64,000 nucleotides of DNA from Escherichia coli (lineage in GTDB: Bacteria > Pseudomonadota > Gammaproteobacteria > Enterobacterales > Enterobacteriaceae): assembly GCF_044647545.1 (NCBI RefSeq), contig NZ_CP172818.1; one strand, written 5' to 3'. Below are positions 1 through 13,130 of this stretch, piece by piece. The stretch's first letter is position 1. Each line of letters starts with the position of its first letter. A program made the translations under genes and the position numbers. The notes under the pieces were generated by a model, which was given only the letters and a program-made list of their open reading frames with translations, had not been told where the DNA came from and ran no database searches.

Positions 1-2589
<2,589 letters not shown>

Positions 2590-2608
2590 TTAACGGCTCC
2601 TGTTTAAG

Positions 2609-3802
2609 TTAAGACTTGGACTGTTCAGGCTGAGCACCGCTTGCGGCTTGCTGGTTATTATCAGCGGTAACTTCTTGTGCTTTTACCTGGACACCAGGAC
2701 GCACTTTCTGCAGCCCACTTATTACTACGCGATCGCCTGCTTTCAGACCTTCTGTCACCAGCCACTTATCGCCGATAGCCTGGCTTGCAACGATCGGACG
2801 GGTTTCCACTTTGTCATCCGCGCCAACCACCAGTACGGTGGCATCGCCACGCGGCGTACGGGTTACGCCCTGTTGCGGGACTAAAATAGCGTTTGGATTA
2901 AGCCCTTCTTCCAGACGTGCACGTACGAACATACCCGGCAGCAGAGTGTGATCCGGGTTCGGGAAGATAGCGCGTAGGGTGATAGACCCGGTGGTCTGAT
3001 CAACGGTAACGTCAGAGAATTCCAGCGTACCGTCCTGCGGGAACTTAATGCCGTCACTGGTGATCAGCGACACTTTGGCTTTGCCGTTCTCTTGTTTCAG
3101 CGTGCCATTTGCCAGTTCCTGTTTCAGGCGCAGGAAGTCGTTGCTGGACTGGGTCACATCAACGTAGATCGGATCAAGTTGCTGCACGGTTGCCAGCGCA
3201 GTCGCCTGACCGTTCTGTACCAATGCGCCTTCTGTCACGTTCGACTTACCAATGCGACCGCTAATCGGAGAGGTGACTTTGGTGTAAGCCAGATTGATCC
3301 GCGCAGTTTCAACGGCAGCTTTCGCCGCAGTGACCGCAGCATTCGCCTGTTGCGCATCAGCCAGAGCCTGATCGTACTCTTGTTTACTGATGTACTGAGT
3401 ACCGAGCAGTTTCTGATAACGATTCACCGTCAATTGCGCGATATTTGCTGCAGCCTGGGCTTTCGCCAGATCACCTTTCGCACTGTCGTATGCCGCCTGA
3501 TAGGTCGCAGGATCAATCTGATAGAGAGAGACACCTGCTTCGATGTCGCTACCTTCTTTGAAATTACGCTTCAGGATAATCCCGCTAACTTGAGGACGAA
3601 CTTCTGCGATCCGGTAGGCACTGGTGCGACCCGGAAGCTCGGTTGTGATCTGCAGAGGTTCAGTTTTGACTGTTACTACGCCAACGGCGGGCATCTGCTG
3701 GCCACCTTGTTGGGCCTGTTTGTCGTCACATCCTGTTAGGGCTAAGCTGCCTGAGAGCATCAGAACGACCGCCAGAGGCGTAAACCCTCTGTTTTTGTTC
3801 AT
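2609..3802 (-). CDS. acrA: RND efflux periplasmic adaptor (membrane fusion lipoprotein) AcrA
   Basis: Track ORF 2609..3838 trimmed to internal ATG at 3802; MNKNRGFTPLAVVLMLSGSLALTGC lipoprotein signal and full-length match to AcrA as recalled; directly upstream of acrB. Confidence 0.95.
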   Translation of the reverse strand: MNKNRGFTPLAVVLMLSGSLALTGCDDKQAQQGGQQMPAVGVVTVKTEPLQITTELPGRTSAYRIAEVRPQVSGIILKRNFKEGSDIEAGVSLYQIDPATYQAAYDSAKGDLAKAQAAANIAQLTVNRYQKLLGTQYISKQEYDQALADAQQANAAVTAAKAAVETARINLAYTKVTSPISGRIGKSNVTEGALVQNGQATALATVQQLDPIYVDVTQSSNDFLRLKQELANGTLKQENGKAKVSLITSDGIKFPQDGTLEFSDVTVDQTTGSITLRAIFPNPDHTLLPGMFVRARLEEGLNPNAILVPQQGVTRTPRGDATVLVVGADDKVETRPIVASQAIGDKWLVTEGLKAGDRVVISGLQKVRPGVQVKAQEVTADNNQQAASGAQPEQSKS

Positions 3803-3891
3803 ATGTAAACCTCGAGTGTCCGATTTCAAATTGGTCAATGGTCAAAAGTTAATAAACCCATTGCTGCGTTTATATTATCGTCGTGCTATGG

Positions 3892-3915
3892 TACATACAT
3901 TCACAAATGTATGTA
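3892..3915. promoter_or_regulatory. AcrR operator, 24-bp perfect palindrome in the divergent acrR/acrAB promoter region
   Basis: TACATACATTCACAAATGTATGTA read directly; lies between the acrA start (3802) and the acrR start (3944). Confidence 0.85.
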
Positions 3916-3943
3916 AATCTAACGCCTGTAAATTCACGAACAT

Positions 3944-4591
3944 ATGGCACGAAAAACCAAACAAGAAGCGCAAGAAACGCGCCAACACATCCTCGATGTG
4001 GCTCTACGTCTTTTCTCACAGCAGGGGGTATCATCCACCTCGCTGGGTGAGATTGCAAAAGCAGCTGGCGTTACGCGCGGTGCAATCTACTGGCATTTTA
4101 AAGACAAGTCGGATTTGTTCAGTGAGATCTGGGAACTGTCAGAATCCAATATTGGTGAACTAGAGCTTGAGTATCAGGCAAAATTCCCTGGCGATCCACT
4201 CTCAGTATTAAGAGAGATATTAATTCATGTTCTTGAATCCACGGTGACAGAAGAACGGCGTCGATTATTGATGGAGATTATATTCTACAAATGCGAATTT
4301 GTCGGAGAAATGGCTGTTGTGCAACAGGCACAACGTAATCTCTGTCTGGAAAGTTATGACCGTATAGAACAAACGTTAAAACATTGTATTGAAGCGAAAA
4401 TGTTGCCTGCGGATTTAATGACGCGTCGCGCAGCAATTATTATGCGCGGCTATATTTCCGGCCTGATGGAAAACTGGCTCTTTGCCCCGCAATCTTTTGA
4501 TCTTAAAAAAGAAGCCCGCGATTACGTCGCCATCTTACTGGAGATGTATCTCCTGTGCCCCACGCTTCGTAATCCTGCCACTAACGAATAA
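3944..4591 (+). CDS. acrR: TetR-family repressor of acrAB, AcrR
   Basis: 215-aa [27 protein letters not shown] with N-terminal TetR HTH; divergent from acrA. Confidence 0.95.
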   Translation: MARKTKQEAQETRQHILDVALRLFSQQGVSSTSLGEIAKAAGVTRGAIYWHFKDKSDLFSEIWELSESNIGELELEYQAKFPGDPLSVLREILIHVLESTVTEERRRLLMEIIFYKCEFVGEMAVVQQAQRNLCLESYDRIEQTLKHCIEAKMLPADLMTRRAAIIMRGYISGLMENWLFAPQSFDLKKEARDYVAILLEMYLLCPTLRNPATNE

Positions 4592-4718
4592 CCCTGAATC
4601 TAACTCCAGGATTTTTCCTGGACATTTTCGTCGTTGCTATTCTGGTTCACTGCGTCGTGATATTCTTGCGGTTTGACTTTTTCAGGTCGTTCTTCAGGTT
4701 CAGAAACCTTCATTCATC

Positions 4719-7700
4719 ATGACTATGTTCCAGTATTACAAACGATCACGGCATTTTGTTTTTTCAGCATTTATTGCTTTTGTTTTTGTCTTGTTATGCC
4801 AGAACACGGCGTTTGCGCGGGCGTCATCGAATGGTGATCTGCCGACAAAAGCGGACCTGCAGGCACAACTTGACTCACTGAATAAACAAAAAGATCTTTC
4901 TGCTCAGGACAAACTGGTGCAGCAGGATCTGACAGATACATTAGCCACCCTCGATAAAATCGATCGCGTAAAAGAAGAGACAGTTCAGCTACGGCAAAAA
5001 GTCGCTGAAGCGCCGGAAAAAATGCGCCAGGCGACCGCGGCGTTAACAGCACTTAGCGATGTCGATAACGACGAAGAAACGCGCAAAATTCTGAGCACGC
5101 TTTCGTTGCGCCAGCTGGAAACTCGCGTTGCCCAGGCGCTGGACGATTTGCAAAACGCACAAAACGATCTGGCGTCTTATAACAGCCAGCTGGTTTCGTT
5201 ACAGACGCAGCCCGAACGCGTGCAAAATGCGATGTATAACGCTTCGCAGCAGCTGCAACAAATTCGCAGTCGTCTGGACGGGACTGATGTCGGCGAGACT
5301 GCCTTACGTCCCAGCCAGAAAGTGTTAATGCAGGCTCAGCAGGCTTTGCTGAATGCCGAGATTGACCAGCAGCGTAAAAGCCTGGAAGGGAACACCGTCT
5401 TGCAGGATACCTTGCAAAAGCAACGTGATTACGTGACGGCGAACAGCGCCCGTCTGGAGCACCAGTTGCAGCTGTTGCAAGAAGCAGTAAACAGCAAGCG
5501 TCTGACTTTAACCGAAAAAACGGCGCAGGAAGCCGTCTCCCCGGATGAAGCCGCGCGTATTCAGGCTAATCCGCTGGTGAAGCAGGAACTGGAAATTAAC
5601 CAGCAGTTAAGTCAGCGTCTGATTACCGCGACTGAAAACGGTAATCAGTTGATGCAGCAAAACATTAAAGTCAAAAACTGGCTGGAGCGGGCGCTGCAAT
5701 CGGAACGCAATATTAAAGAGCAGATTGCCGTCCTGAAGGGCAGCCTGCTGTTGTCTCGTATCCTTTACCAGCAACAACAAACGCTGCCCTCGGCGGATGA
5801 ACTGGAAAACATGACCAACCGCATCGCGGATTTGCGTCTCGAACAGTTTGAAGTTAACCAGCAGCGTGATGCACTCTTCCAGAGCGATGCGTTCGTCAAC
5901 AAACTGGAAGAAGGTCACACCAACGAAGTCAACAGCGAAGTTCACGATGCGTTATTGCAAGTAGTTGATATGCGTCGCGAATTGCTGGATCAGCTTAACA
6001 AACAGTTGGGTAACCAGCTGATGATGGCCATTAACCTGCAAATCAACCAGCAGCAGTTAATGAGTGTGTCGAAAAACCTGAAATCCATCCTGACTCAGCA
6101 AATCTTTTGGGTGAACAGTAACCGTCCAATGGACTGGGACTGGATCAAAGCGTTCCCGCAAAGCCTGAAAGATGAATTTAAGTCGATGAAAATCACGGTG
6201 AACTGGGAAAAAGCCTGGCCTGCCGTTTTTATCGCTTTCCTCGCCGGTTTGCCGCTGCTGTTGATTGCCGGGCTGATCCACTGGCGTCTGGGCTGGCTGA
6301 AAGCGTATCAACAAAAACTGGCTTCCGCTGTGGGTTCCCTGCGTAACGACAGCCAGCTCAACACACCAAAAGCGATCCTTATCGACCTGATCCGTGCGCT
6401 GCCGGTGTGCCTGATTATTCTCGCGGTTGGCCTGATTCTGTTGACCATGCAGCTCAACATCAGCGAACTGCTATGGTCGTTCAGTAAAAAACTGGCGATT
6501 TTCTGGCTGGTGTTTGGCCTGTGCTGGAAAGTGTTGGAGAAAAACGGCGTTGCCGTGCGTCACTTCGGCATGCCGGAACAGCAGACCAGCCACTGGCGTC
6601 GGCAAATTGTCCGCATCAGTCTCGCATTGCTGCCTATCCATTTCTGGTCTGTGGTGGCAGAACTTTCCCCGCTGCATCTGATGGATGATGTGCTGGGGCA
6701 GGCGATGATTTTCTTCAACTTGCTGCTGATTGCCTTCCTGGTGTGGCCGATGTGCCGCGAAAGCTGGCGTGATAAAGAGTCGCACACCATGCGACTGGTC
6801 ACCATTACCGTACTGTCGATTATCCCGATTGCGTTGATGGTGCTGACCGCCACGGGTTATTTCTACACCACGCTGCGCCTCTCCGGGCGTTGGATTGAAA
6901 CCGTTTATTTGGTGATCATCTGGAACCTGCTGTACCAGACGGTATTGCGCGGCTTAAGCGTAGCGGCGCGGCGTATCGCCTGGCGTCGTGCGCTGGCGCG
7001 TCGGCAGAATCTGGTGAAAGAGGGCGCAGAAGGTGCCGAACCGCCGGAAGAACCCACCATTGCACTGGAGCAAGTTAACCAGCAGACGCTGCGTATTACC
7101 ATGTTGCTGATGTTTGCGCTGTTCGGTGTCATGTTCTGGGCAATTTGGTCCGATTTGATCACCGTGTTCAGCTATCTCGACAGCATTACGCTCTGGCATT
7201 ACAACGGTACTGAAGCTGGTGCTGCGGTGGTGAAAAACGTCACCATGGGCAGTCTGTTGTTTGCGATTATCGCCTCAATGGTGGCCTGGGCGTTGATTCG
7301 CAACCTGCCTGGTTTGCTGGAAGTGCTGGTGCTCTCGCGACTGAATATGCGCCAGGGCGCGTCGTATGCCATTACTACCATCCTTAACTACATCATTATT
7401 GCCGTTGGTGCGATGACGGTGTTCGGATCGCTGGGCGTCTCTTGGGATAAACTCCAGTGGCTGGCAGCAGCATTATCCGTAGGTCTTGGTTTTGGTTTAC
7501 AAGAAATTTTCGGTAACTTCGTCTCCGGTTTGATCATTCTGTTCGAACGTCCGGTGCGCATTGGCGATACGGTAACCATTGGTAGCTTCTCGGGGACGGT
7601 AAGTAAGATCCGTATTCGTGCGACAACGATTACCGATTTCGATCGCAAAGAAGTGATCATCCCGAACAAAGCGTTTGTTACCGAGCGTCTGATCAACTGG

Positions 7701-8081
7701 TCGTTGACTGACACGACTACGCGTCTGGTGATCCGTCTCGGCGTGGCCTATGGCTCCGATCTGGAAAAAGTGCGTAAAGTGTTACTGAAGGCGGCGACTG
7801 AGCACCCAAGGGTGATGCACGAACCAATGCCGGAAGTCTTCTTTACGGCGTTTGGTGCCAGCACGTTGGATCATGAGCTGCGTCTGTATGTGCGTGAACT
7901 GCGTGACCGTAGCCGTACTGTCGATGAGCTGAACCGTACTATCGATCAGCTGTGCCGTGAAAACGACATCAACATTGCCTTTAACCAGCTTGAAGTGCAT
8001 CTGCACAACGAGAAGGGCGATGAGGTGACGGAAGTCAAACGCGACTACAAAGGCGACGATCCGACACCAGCGGTAGGGTAA
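4719..8081 (+). CDS. mscK: Potassium-dependent mechanosensitive channel MscK (KefA/AefA)
   Basis: 1120-aa ORF; signal peptide, long coiled-coil Q/L-rich periplasmic region, multiple TM helices and C-terminal MscS-like domain; recognised as MscK. Confidence 0.95.
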   Translation: MTMFQYYKRSRHFVFSAFIAFVFVLLCQNTAFARASSNGDLPTKADLQAQLDSLNKQKDLSAQDKLVQQDLTDTLATLDKIDRVKEETVQLRQKVAEAPEKMRQATAALTALSDVDNDEETRKILSTLSLRQLETRVAQALDDLQNAQNDLASYNSQLVSLQTQPERVQNAMYNASQQLQQIRSRLDGTDVGETALRPSQKVLMQAQQALLNAEIDQQRKSLEGNTVLQDTLQKQRDYVTANSARLEHQLQLLQEAVNSKRLTLTEKTAQEAVSPDEAARIQANPLVKQELEINQQLSQRLITATENGNQLMQQNIKVKNWLERALQSERNIKEQIAVLKGSLLLSRILYQQQQTLPSADELENMTNRIADLRLEQFEVNQQRDALFQSDAFVNKLEEGHTNEVNSEVHDALLQVVDMRRELLDQLNKQLGNQLMMAINLQINQQQLMSVSKNLKSILTQQIFWVNSNRPMDWDWIKAFPQSLKDEFKSMKITVNWEKAWPAVFIAFLAGLPLLLIAGLIHWRLGWLKAYQQKLASAVGSLRNDSQLNTPKAILIDLIRALPVCLIILAVGLILLTMQLNISELLWSFSKKLAIFWLVFGLCWKVLEKNGVAVRHFGMPEQQTSHWRRQIVRISLALLPIHFWSVVAELSPLHLMDDVLGQAMIFFNLLLIAFLVWPMCRESWRDKESHTMRLVTITVLSIIPIALMVLTATGYFYTTLRLSGRWIETVYLVIIWNLLYQTVLRGLSVAARRIAWRRALARRQNLVKEGAEGAEPPEEPTIALEQVNQQTLRITMLLMFALFGVMFWAIWSDLITVFSYLDSITLWHYNGTEAGAAVVKNVTMGSLLFAIIASMVAWALIRNLPGLLEVLVLSRLNMRQGASYAITTILNYIIIAVGAMTVFGSLGVSWDKLQWLAAALSVGLGFGLQEIFGNFVSGLIILFERPVRIGDTVTIGSFSGTVSKIRIRATTITDFDRKEVIIPNKAFVTERLINWSLTDTTTRLVIRLGVAYGSDLEKVRKVLLKAATEHPRVMHEPMPEVFFTAFGASTLDHELRLYVRELRDRSRTVDELNRTIDQLCRENDINIAFNQLEVHLHNEKGDEVTEVKRDYKGDDPTPAVG

Positions 8082-8089
8082 GGACAATA

Positions 8090-8119
8090 AAGGGCGACAT
8101 GATGCGCCCTTTATTTTTT
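8090..8119. terminator. Rho-independent terminator between convergent mscK and ybaM
   Basis: Stem AAGGGCG ... CGCCCTT followed by TTTATTTTTT immediately after the mscK stop. Confidence 0.7.
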
Positions 8120-8282
8120 ACTCGCTTTGTGAAGTCTCATCGCTCTGTAACTTCTTTTCATAATCGCGTTTTACAATATCCAGCGCGCGCAGCACGGTGC
8201 GGGCTGGGATCTGATTTTCTTCCAGCAGCACAATTAAATCGACGGCCAGTTTGACATCGTCGGGGGCATTTTCCAGTGACAT
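8118..8282 (-). CDS. ybaM: Small protein YbaM (DUF2496)
   Basis: Manual translation of minus strand from ATG at 8282: [54 protein letters not shown]; below the track's size cutoff. Confidence 0.8.
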   Translation of the reverse strand: MSLENAPDDVKLAVDLIVLLEENQIPARTVLRALDIVKRDYEKKLQSDETSQSE

Positions 8283-8295
8283 ACTCTCTCCATTG

Positions 8296-8823
8296 CTAGC
8301 GGGTTAAACGCGCTAACCTGTTTTCGATTTTTTCCAGCGCATGGCGACACCGCGCCAGGCGCGCTTCATAGGCTTCCACTTCACGATGCAGCGTTTGCTG
8401 TTCCACGAGATCGGTCACCCGCGCCAGGCGGGCTCGACGTTCGGCTACCATCTCACGTAGCCGCCGCTCAAAATCCTGATGCTGAATACGTTTACGCTGC
8501 CAGCGGGCAATTTTCGGTGGTGCGCTATCCCACTCGCGTAGCGACCAGGCTGTGGCTTCACGCGCTATAGCCTCCAGTTGCGCCGCCAGATGTTCTGCCA
8601 GCCAGGCGGCTTGCGGCAGCTGTTGCTGCTCAACCGCATGACGAAGCGCAGCCAGGTTATCGCCTGCCTCATCGAGACAAGCCTGCAGTGTTGTCGCACG
8701 GGTCTGAAAAAGGTGCCTGTCAAAACGGGCACTTAGCGTGGCAAATTGCGCTACCGGGGCACAACGCTGACGCAGCGTGGCGAGCTGTCCTTCCAGTTTT
8801 TCCAGCAGCAGGGTGGTTTTCAC
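8296..8823 (-). CDS. priC: Primosomal replication protein N'' (PriC)
   Basis: 175-aa [33 protein letters not shown] recognised as PriC. Confidence 0.92.
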   Translation of the reverse strand: MKTTLLLEKLEGQLATLRQRCAPVAQFATLSARFDRHLFQTRATTLQACLDEAGDNLAALRHAVEQQQLPQAAWLAEHLAAQLEAIAREATAWSLREWDSAPPKIARWQRKRIQHQDFERRLREMVAERRARLARVTDLVEQQTLHREVEAYEARLARCRHALEKIENRLARLTR

Positions 8824-8892
8824 GATAAGACCTCAATGAAAATGATAATTGTTATGCTAAAGTAGCCACTCTGTAAGCTGACAACACTCAAT

Positions 8893-9270
8893 ATGCAACG
8901 AATCATTTTAATCATCATTGGCTGGCTGGCGGTAGTGCTGGGTACGCTGGGCGTGGTATTACCGGTATTACCGACGACGCCGTTTATCCTGCTGGCGGCC
9001 TGGTGCTTTGCCCGTTCTTCCCCGCGCTTTCACGCCTGGTTGCTGTACCGCTCATGGTTTGGCAGCTATCTACGTTTCTGGCAGAAACATCATGCGATGC
9101 CGCGCGGCGTCAAACCGCGGGCGATTATGCTTATTTTGCTCACGTTTGCCATTTCTCTGTGGTTCGTCCAGATGCCATGGGTGCGCATCATGTTGCTGGT
9201 AATTCTCGCCTGTTTGCTTTTTTATATGTGGCGAATTCCGGTGATTGATGAAAAGCAAGAAAAGCACTGA
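8893..9270 (+). CDS. ybaN: Inner membrane protein YbaN (DUF454)
   Basis: 125-aa hydrophobic [34 protein letters not shown]; divergent from priC. Confidence 0.9.
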
Positions 9271-9422
9271 AGCACAACAATCGCAGTTGCAATTATTGCG
9301 TACAGCCAGTACATTCTGGCGTTTTCGAGCACAGGCGCAGGCGGTCAAAGGTTAAACAACTGTTACTTTTGATACGTTTAAAACGCGCCGTGAGTACCAC
9401 CGTAACAAGCAGGCATACACTT

Positions 9423-9974
9423 ATGACCGCGACTGCACAGCAGCTTGAGTATCTCAAAAATAGCATCAAAAGCATTCAGGACTACCCAAAACCCGGCATT
9501 CTTTTCCGCGATGTCACCAGCTTACTGGAAGACCCGAAAGCTTACGCTCTCAGCATCGACTTGCTGGTTGAGCGTTACAAAAATGCGGGCATTACCAAAG
9601 TGGTCGGCACCGAAGCGCGTGGCTTCTTGTTTGGCGCTCCGGTAGCTCTGGGTCTGGGCGTTGGCTTTGTACCGGTCCGTAAACCGGGCAAACTGCCGCG
9701 TGAAACCATCAGTGAAACTTACGACCTGGAATACGGCACCGATCAGCTGGAAATCCACGTTGATGCCATCAAACCGGGCGACAAAGTTCTGGTGGTGGAC
9801 GACCTGCTGGCAACCGGCGGCACTATCGAAGCGACCGTTAAACTGATCCGTCGTCTGGGTGGTGAAGTGGCTGATGCTGCGTTCATTATCAACCTGTTCG
9901 ATCTCGGCGGCGAACAGCGTCTCGAAAAACAGGGCATTACCAGCTACAGCCTTGTTCCGTTCCCGGGCCATTAA
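9423..9974 (+). CDS. apt: Adenine phosphoribosyltransferase
   Basis: Track ORF 9369..9974 trimmed to ATG at 9423 ([32 protein letters not shown]); PRTase motif [13 protein letters not shown] present. Confidence 0.94.
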
Positions 9975-10102
9975 TTATCGCCAGTCTTGTGCTGCCCACG
10001 CTACGGACAGCACAAGATGTGCATTCAGCCTCGCCGTTCTGACGGGGCTGTGTTAGCATTACCCCTTCGTGAATCCACCTTCCAGCGTTTCAGAGCCTGC
10101 CA

Positions 10103-12034
10103 ATGAGTTATCAGGTCTTAGCCCGAAAATGGCGCCCACAAACCTTTGCTGACGTCGTCGGCCAGGAACATGTGCTGACCGCACTGGCGAACGGCTTGTC
10201 GTTAGGGCGTATTCATCATGCTTATCTTTTTTCCGGTACCCGTGGCGTCGGAAAAACCTCTATCGCCCGACTGCTGGCGAAGGGGCTAAACTGCGAAACC
10301 GGCATTACCGCGACGCCGTGCGGCGTGTGCGATAACTGTCGTGAAATCGAGCAGGGGCGCTTTGTCGATCTGATTGAAATCGACGCCGCCTCGCGTACCA
10401 AAGTCGAAGATACCCGCGACCTGCTGGATAACGTCCAGTACGCTCCGGCGCGTGGTCGTTTCAAAGTTTATCTCATCGACGAAGTGCATATGCTGTCGCG
10501 TCACAGCTTTAACGCACTGTTAAAAACCCTTGAAGAGCCGCCAGAGCACGTTAAGTTTTTGCTGGCGACGACCGATCCACAGAAATTGCCGGTGACGATT
10601 TTGTCACGCTGTTTGCAATTTCATCTCAAGGCGCTGGATGTCGAGCAAATTCGCCATCAGCTTGAGCACATCCTCAACGAAGAACATATCGCTCACGAGC
10701 CGCGGGCGTTGCAATTACTGGCGCGCGCCGCTGAAGGCAGCCTGCGAGATGCCTTAAGTCTGACCGACCAGGCGATTGCCAGCGGTGACGGCCAGGTTTC
10801 AACCCAGGCGGTCAGTGCGATGCTGGGTACGCTTGACGACGATCAGGCGCTGTCGCTGGTTGAAGCGATGGTCGAGGCCAACGGCGAGCGCGTAATGGCG
10901 CTGATTAATGAAGCCGCTGCCCGTGGTATCGAGTGGGAAGCGTTGCTGGTGGAAATGCTCGGCCTGTTGCATCGTATTGCGATGGTACAACTTTCGCCTG
11001 CTGCACTTGGCAACGACATGGCCGCCATCGAGCTGCGGATGCGTGAACTGGCGCGCACCATACCGCCGACGGATATTCAGCTTTACTATCAGACGCTGTT
11101 GATTGGTCGCAAAGAATTACCGTATGCGCCGGACCGCCGTATGGGCGTTGAGATGACGCTTCTGCGCGCGCTGGCGTTCCATCCACGTATGCCGCTGCCT
11201 GAGCCAGAAGTGCCACGCCAGTCCTTTGCGCCCGTCGCGCCAACGGCAGTAATGACGCCAACCCAGGTGCCGCCGCAACCGCAATCAGCGCCGCAGCAGG
11301 CACCGACTGTACCGCTCCCGGAAACCACCAGCCAGGTGCTGGCGGCGCGCAAGCAGTTGCAGCGCGTGCAGGGAGCAACCAAAGCAAAAAAGAGTGAACC
11401 GGCAGCCGCTACCCGCGCGCGGCCGGTGAATAACGCTGCGCTGGAAAGACTGGCTTCGGTCACCGATCGCGTTCAGGCGCGCCCGGTGCCATCGGCGCTG
11501 GAAAAAGCGCCAGCCAAAAAAGAAGCGTATCGCTGGAAGGCGACCACTCCAGTGATGCAGCAAAAAGAAGTGGTCGCCACGCCGAAGGCGCTGAAAAAAG
11601 CGCTGGAACATGAAAAAACGCCGGAACTGGCGGCGAAGCTGGCGGCAGAAGCCATTGAGCGCGACCCGTGGGCGGCTCAGGTGAGTCAACTTTCGCTACC
11701 AAAACTGGTCGAACAGGTGGCGTTAAATGCCTGGAAAGAGGAGAGCGACAACGCAGTATGTCTGCATTTGCGCTCCTCTCAGCGGCATTTGAACAACCGC
11801 GGCGCACAGCAAAAACTGGCTGAAGCGTTGAGCACGTTAAAAGGTTCAACGGTTGAACTGACTATCGTTGAAGATGATAATCCCGCGGTGCGTACGCCGC
11901 TGGAATGGCGTCAGGCGATATACGAAGAAAAACTTGCGCAGGCGCGCGAGTCCATTATTGCGGATAATAATATTCAGACCCTGCGTCGATTCTTCGATGC
12001 GGAGCTGGATGAAGAAAGTATCCGCCCCATTTGA
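10103..12034 (+). CDS. dnaX: DNA polymerase III subunits tau (full length) and gamma (via -1 frameshift)
   Basis: 643-aa ORF MSYQVLARKWRPQTFADVVGQEHVL with Walker A GTRGVGKTS; recognised as DnaX. Confidence 0.97.
   Translation: MSYQVLARKWRPQTFADVVGQEHVLTALANGLSLGRIHHAYLFSGTRGVGKTSIARLLAKGLNCETGITATPCGVCDNCREIEQGRFVDLIEIDAASRTKVEDTRDLLDNVQYAPARGRFKVYLIDEVHMLSRHSFNALLKTLEEPPEHVKFLLATTDPQKLPVTILSRCLQFHLKALDVEQIRHQLEHILNEEHIAHEPRALQLLARAAEGSLRDALSLTDQAIASGDGQVSTQAVSAMLGTLDDDQALSLVEAMVEANGERVMALINEAAARGIEWEALLVEMLGLLHRIAMVQLSPAALGNDMAAIELRMRELARTIPPTDIQLYYQTLLIGRKELPYAPDRRMGVEMTLLRALAFHPRMPLPEPEVPRQSFAPVAPTAVMTPTQVPPQPQSAPQQAPTVPLPETTSQVLAARKQLQRVQGATKAKKSEPAAATRARPVNNAALERLASVTDRVQARPVPSALEKAPAKKEAYRWKATTPVMQQKEVVATPKALKKALEHEKTPELAAKLAAEAIERDPWAAQVSQLSLPKLVEQVALNAWKEESDNAVCLHLRSSQRHLNNRGAQQKLAEALSTLKGSTVELTIVEDDNPAVRTPLEWRQAIYEEKLAQARESIIADNNIQTLRRFFDAELDEESIRPI
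11386..11397 (+). other. dnaX: dnaX programmed -1 ribosomal frameshift site (A AAA AAG heptamer, then -1 frame GAG TGA ending gamma)
   Basis: Heptamer AAAAAAG at 11386..11392 in the correct phase (codons AAA AAG at 11387..11392), -1 frame stop TGA at 11395..11397, and a GC-rich hairpin CCGGCAGCC...GCGCGCGGCCGG starting about 6 nt downstream. Confidence 0.9.
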
Positions 12035-12071
12035 TCGTAAGCACAGCTTACGTTCGTCATCCTTAACGTGA

Positions 12072-12415
<344 letters not shown>

Positions 12416-12416
<1 letters not shown>

Positions 12417-13021
12417 TGCAAACCAGCCCGCTGTTAACACAGCTTATGGAAGCACTGCGCTGTCTGCCGGGCGTTGGCCCGAAGTCGGCGCAGCGTATGG
12501 CGTTCACGCTGCTTCAGCGCGATCGTAGCGGCGGGATGCGTCTGGCGCAGGCGCTCACCCGGGCGATGTCGGAAATCGGCCACTGCGCCGATTGCCGCAC
12601 TTTCACCGAACAGGAAGTCTGTAACATCTGTTCGAATCCGCGTCGTCAGGAAAACGGTCAAATCTGCGTGGTGGAGAGTCCGGCGGACATTTACGCCATT
12701 GAGCAGACGGGGCAGTTTTCAGGTCGTTATTTTGTGTTGATGGGGCACCTGTCGCCGCTGGACGGCATCGGTCCGGATGACATCGGCCTTGATCGCCTGG
12801 AACAGCGTCTGGCAGAGGAAAAAATCACTGAAGTGATCCTCGCCACCAACCCCACGGTTGAAGGTGAAGCTACCGCTAACTACATTGCCGAGCTTTGTGC
12901 GCAATATGACGTGGAAGCCAGCCGAATCGCTCATGGCGTACCGGTTGGCGGCGAACTGGAAATGGTCGATGGCACCACGCTGTCACATTCCCTTGCCGGG
13001 CGTCATAAGATTCGTTTTTAA
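12416..13021 (+). CDS. recR: Recombination protein RecR
   Basis: 201-aa [33 protein letters not shown] with C4 zinc finger and Toprim region; start overlaps ybaB stop (TGATG). Confidence 0.96.
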
Positions 13022-13026
13022 GCAAA

Positions 13027-13048
13027 CGAGAGCAGGATCACCTGCTCT
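13027..13048 (+). terminator. Hairpin downstream of recR (possible terminator or attenuator; no T-run)
   Basis: GAGAGCAGG-ATCA-CCTGCTCTC perfect 9-bp stem 6 nt after the recR stop. Confidence 0.4.
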
Positions 13049-13050
13049 CG

Positions 13051-13079
13051 CTTGAAATTATTCTCCCTTGTCCCCATCT
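13051..13079 (+). promoter_or_regulatory. Sigma-32 (heat-shock) promoter of htpG
   Basis: CTTGAAA (13051..13057), 14-bp spacer, CCCCATCT (13072..13079); matches the sigma-32 consensus CTTGAAA-N13-15-CCCCATNT, about 50 bp upstream of the htpG ATG. Confidence 0.8.
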
Positions 13080-13130
13080 CTCCCTCATCCTGTTTTTAAC
13101 CTTAAAATGGCATTATTGAGGTAGACCTAC

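Noticed and set aside
9369-9422. N-terminal extensions offered by the ORF track for apt, adk, gcl, allB, ybcF, tesA, cnoX, acrA, ybaB, fetA, fetB, glxK, allC and purE
   Set aside because: In each case an internal ATG with a better Shine-Dalgarno context gives the recognised N-terminus of the protein; the upstream extensions read through promoter or intergenic sequence.
10843-11849. Cluster of overlapping minus-strand ORFs (60-160 aa) in the 3' half of dnaX
   Set aside because: They lie antisense to the Pro/Ala-rich linker region of tau; the GC-rich repetitive codons leave several frames open by chance.
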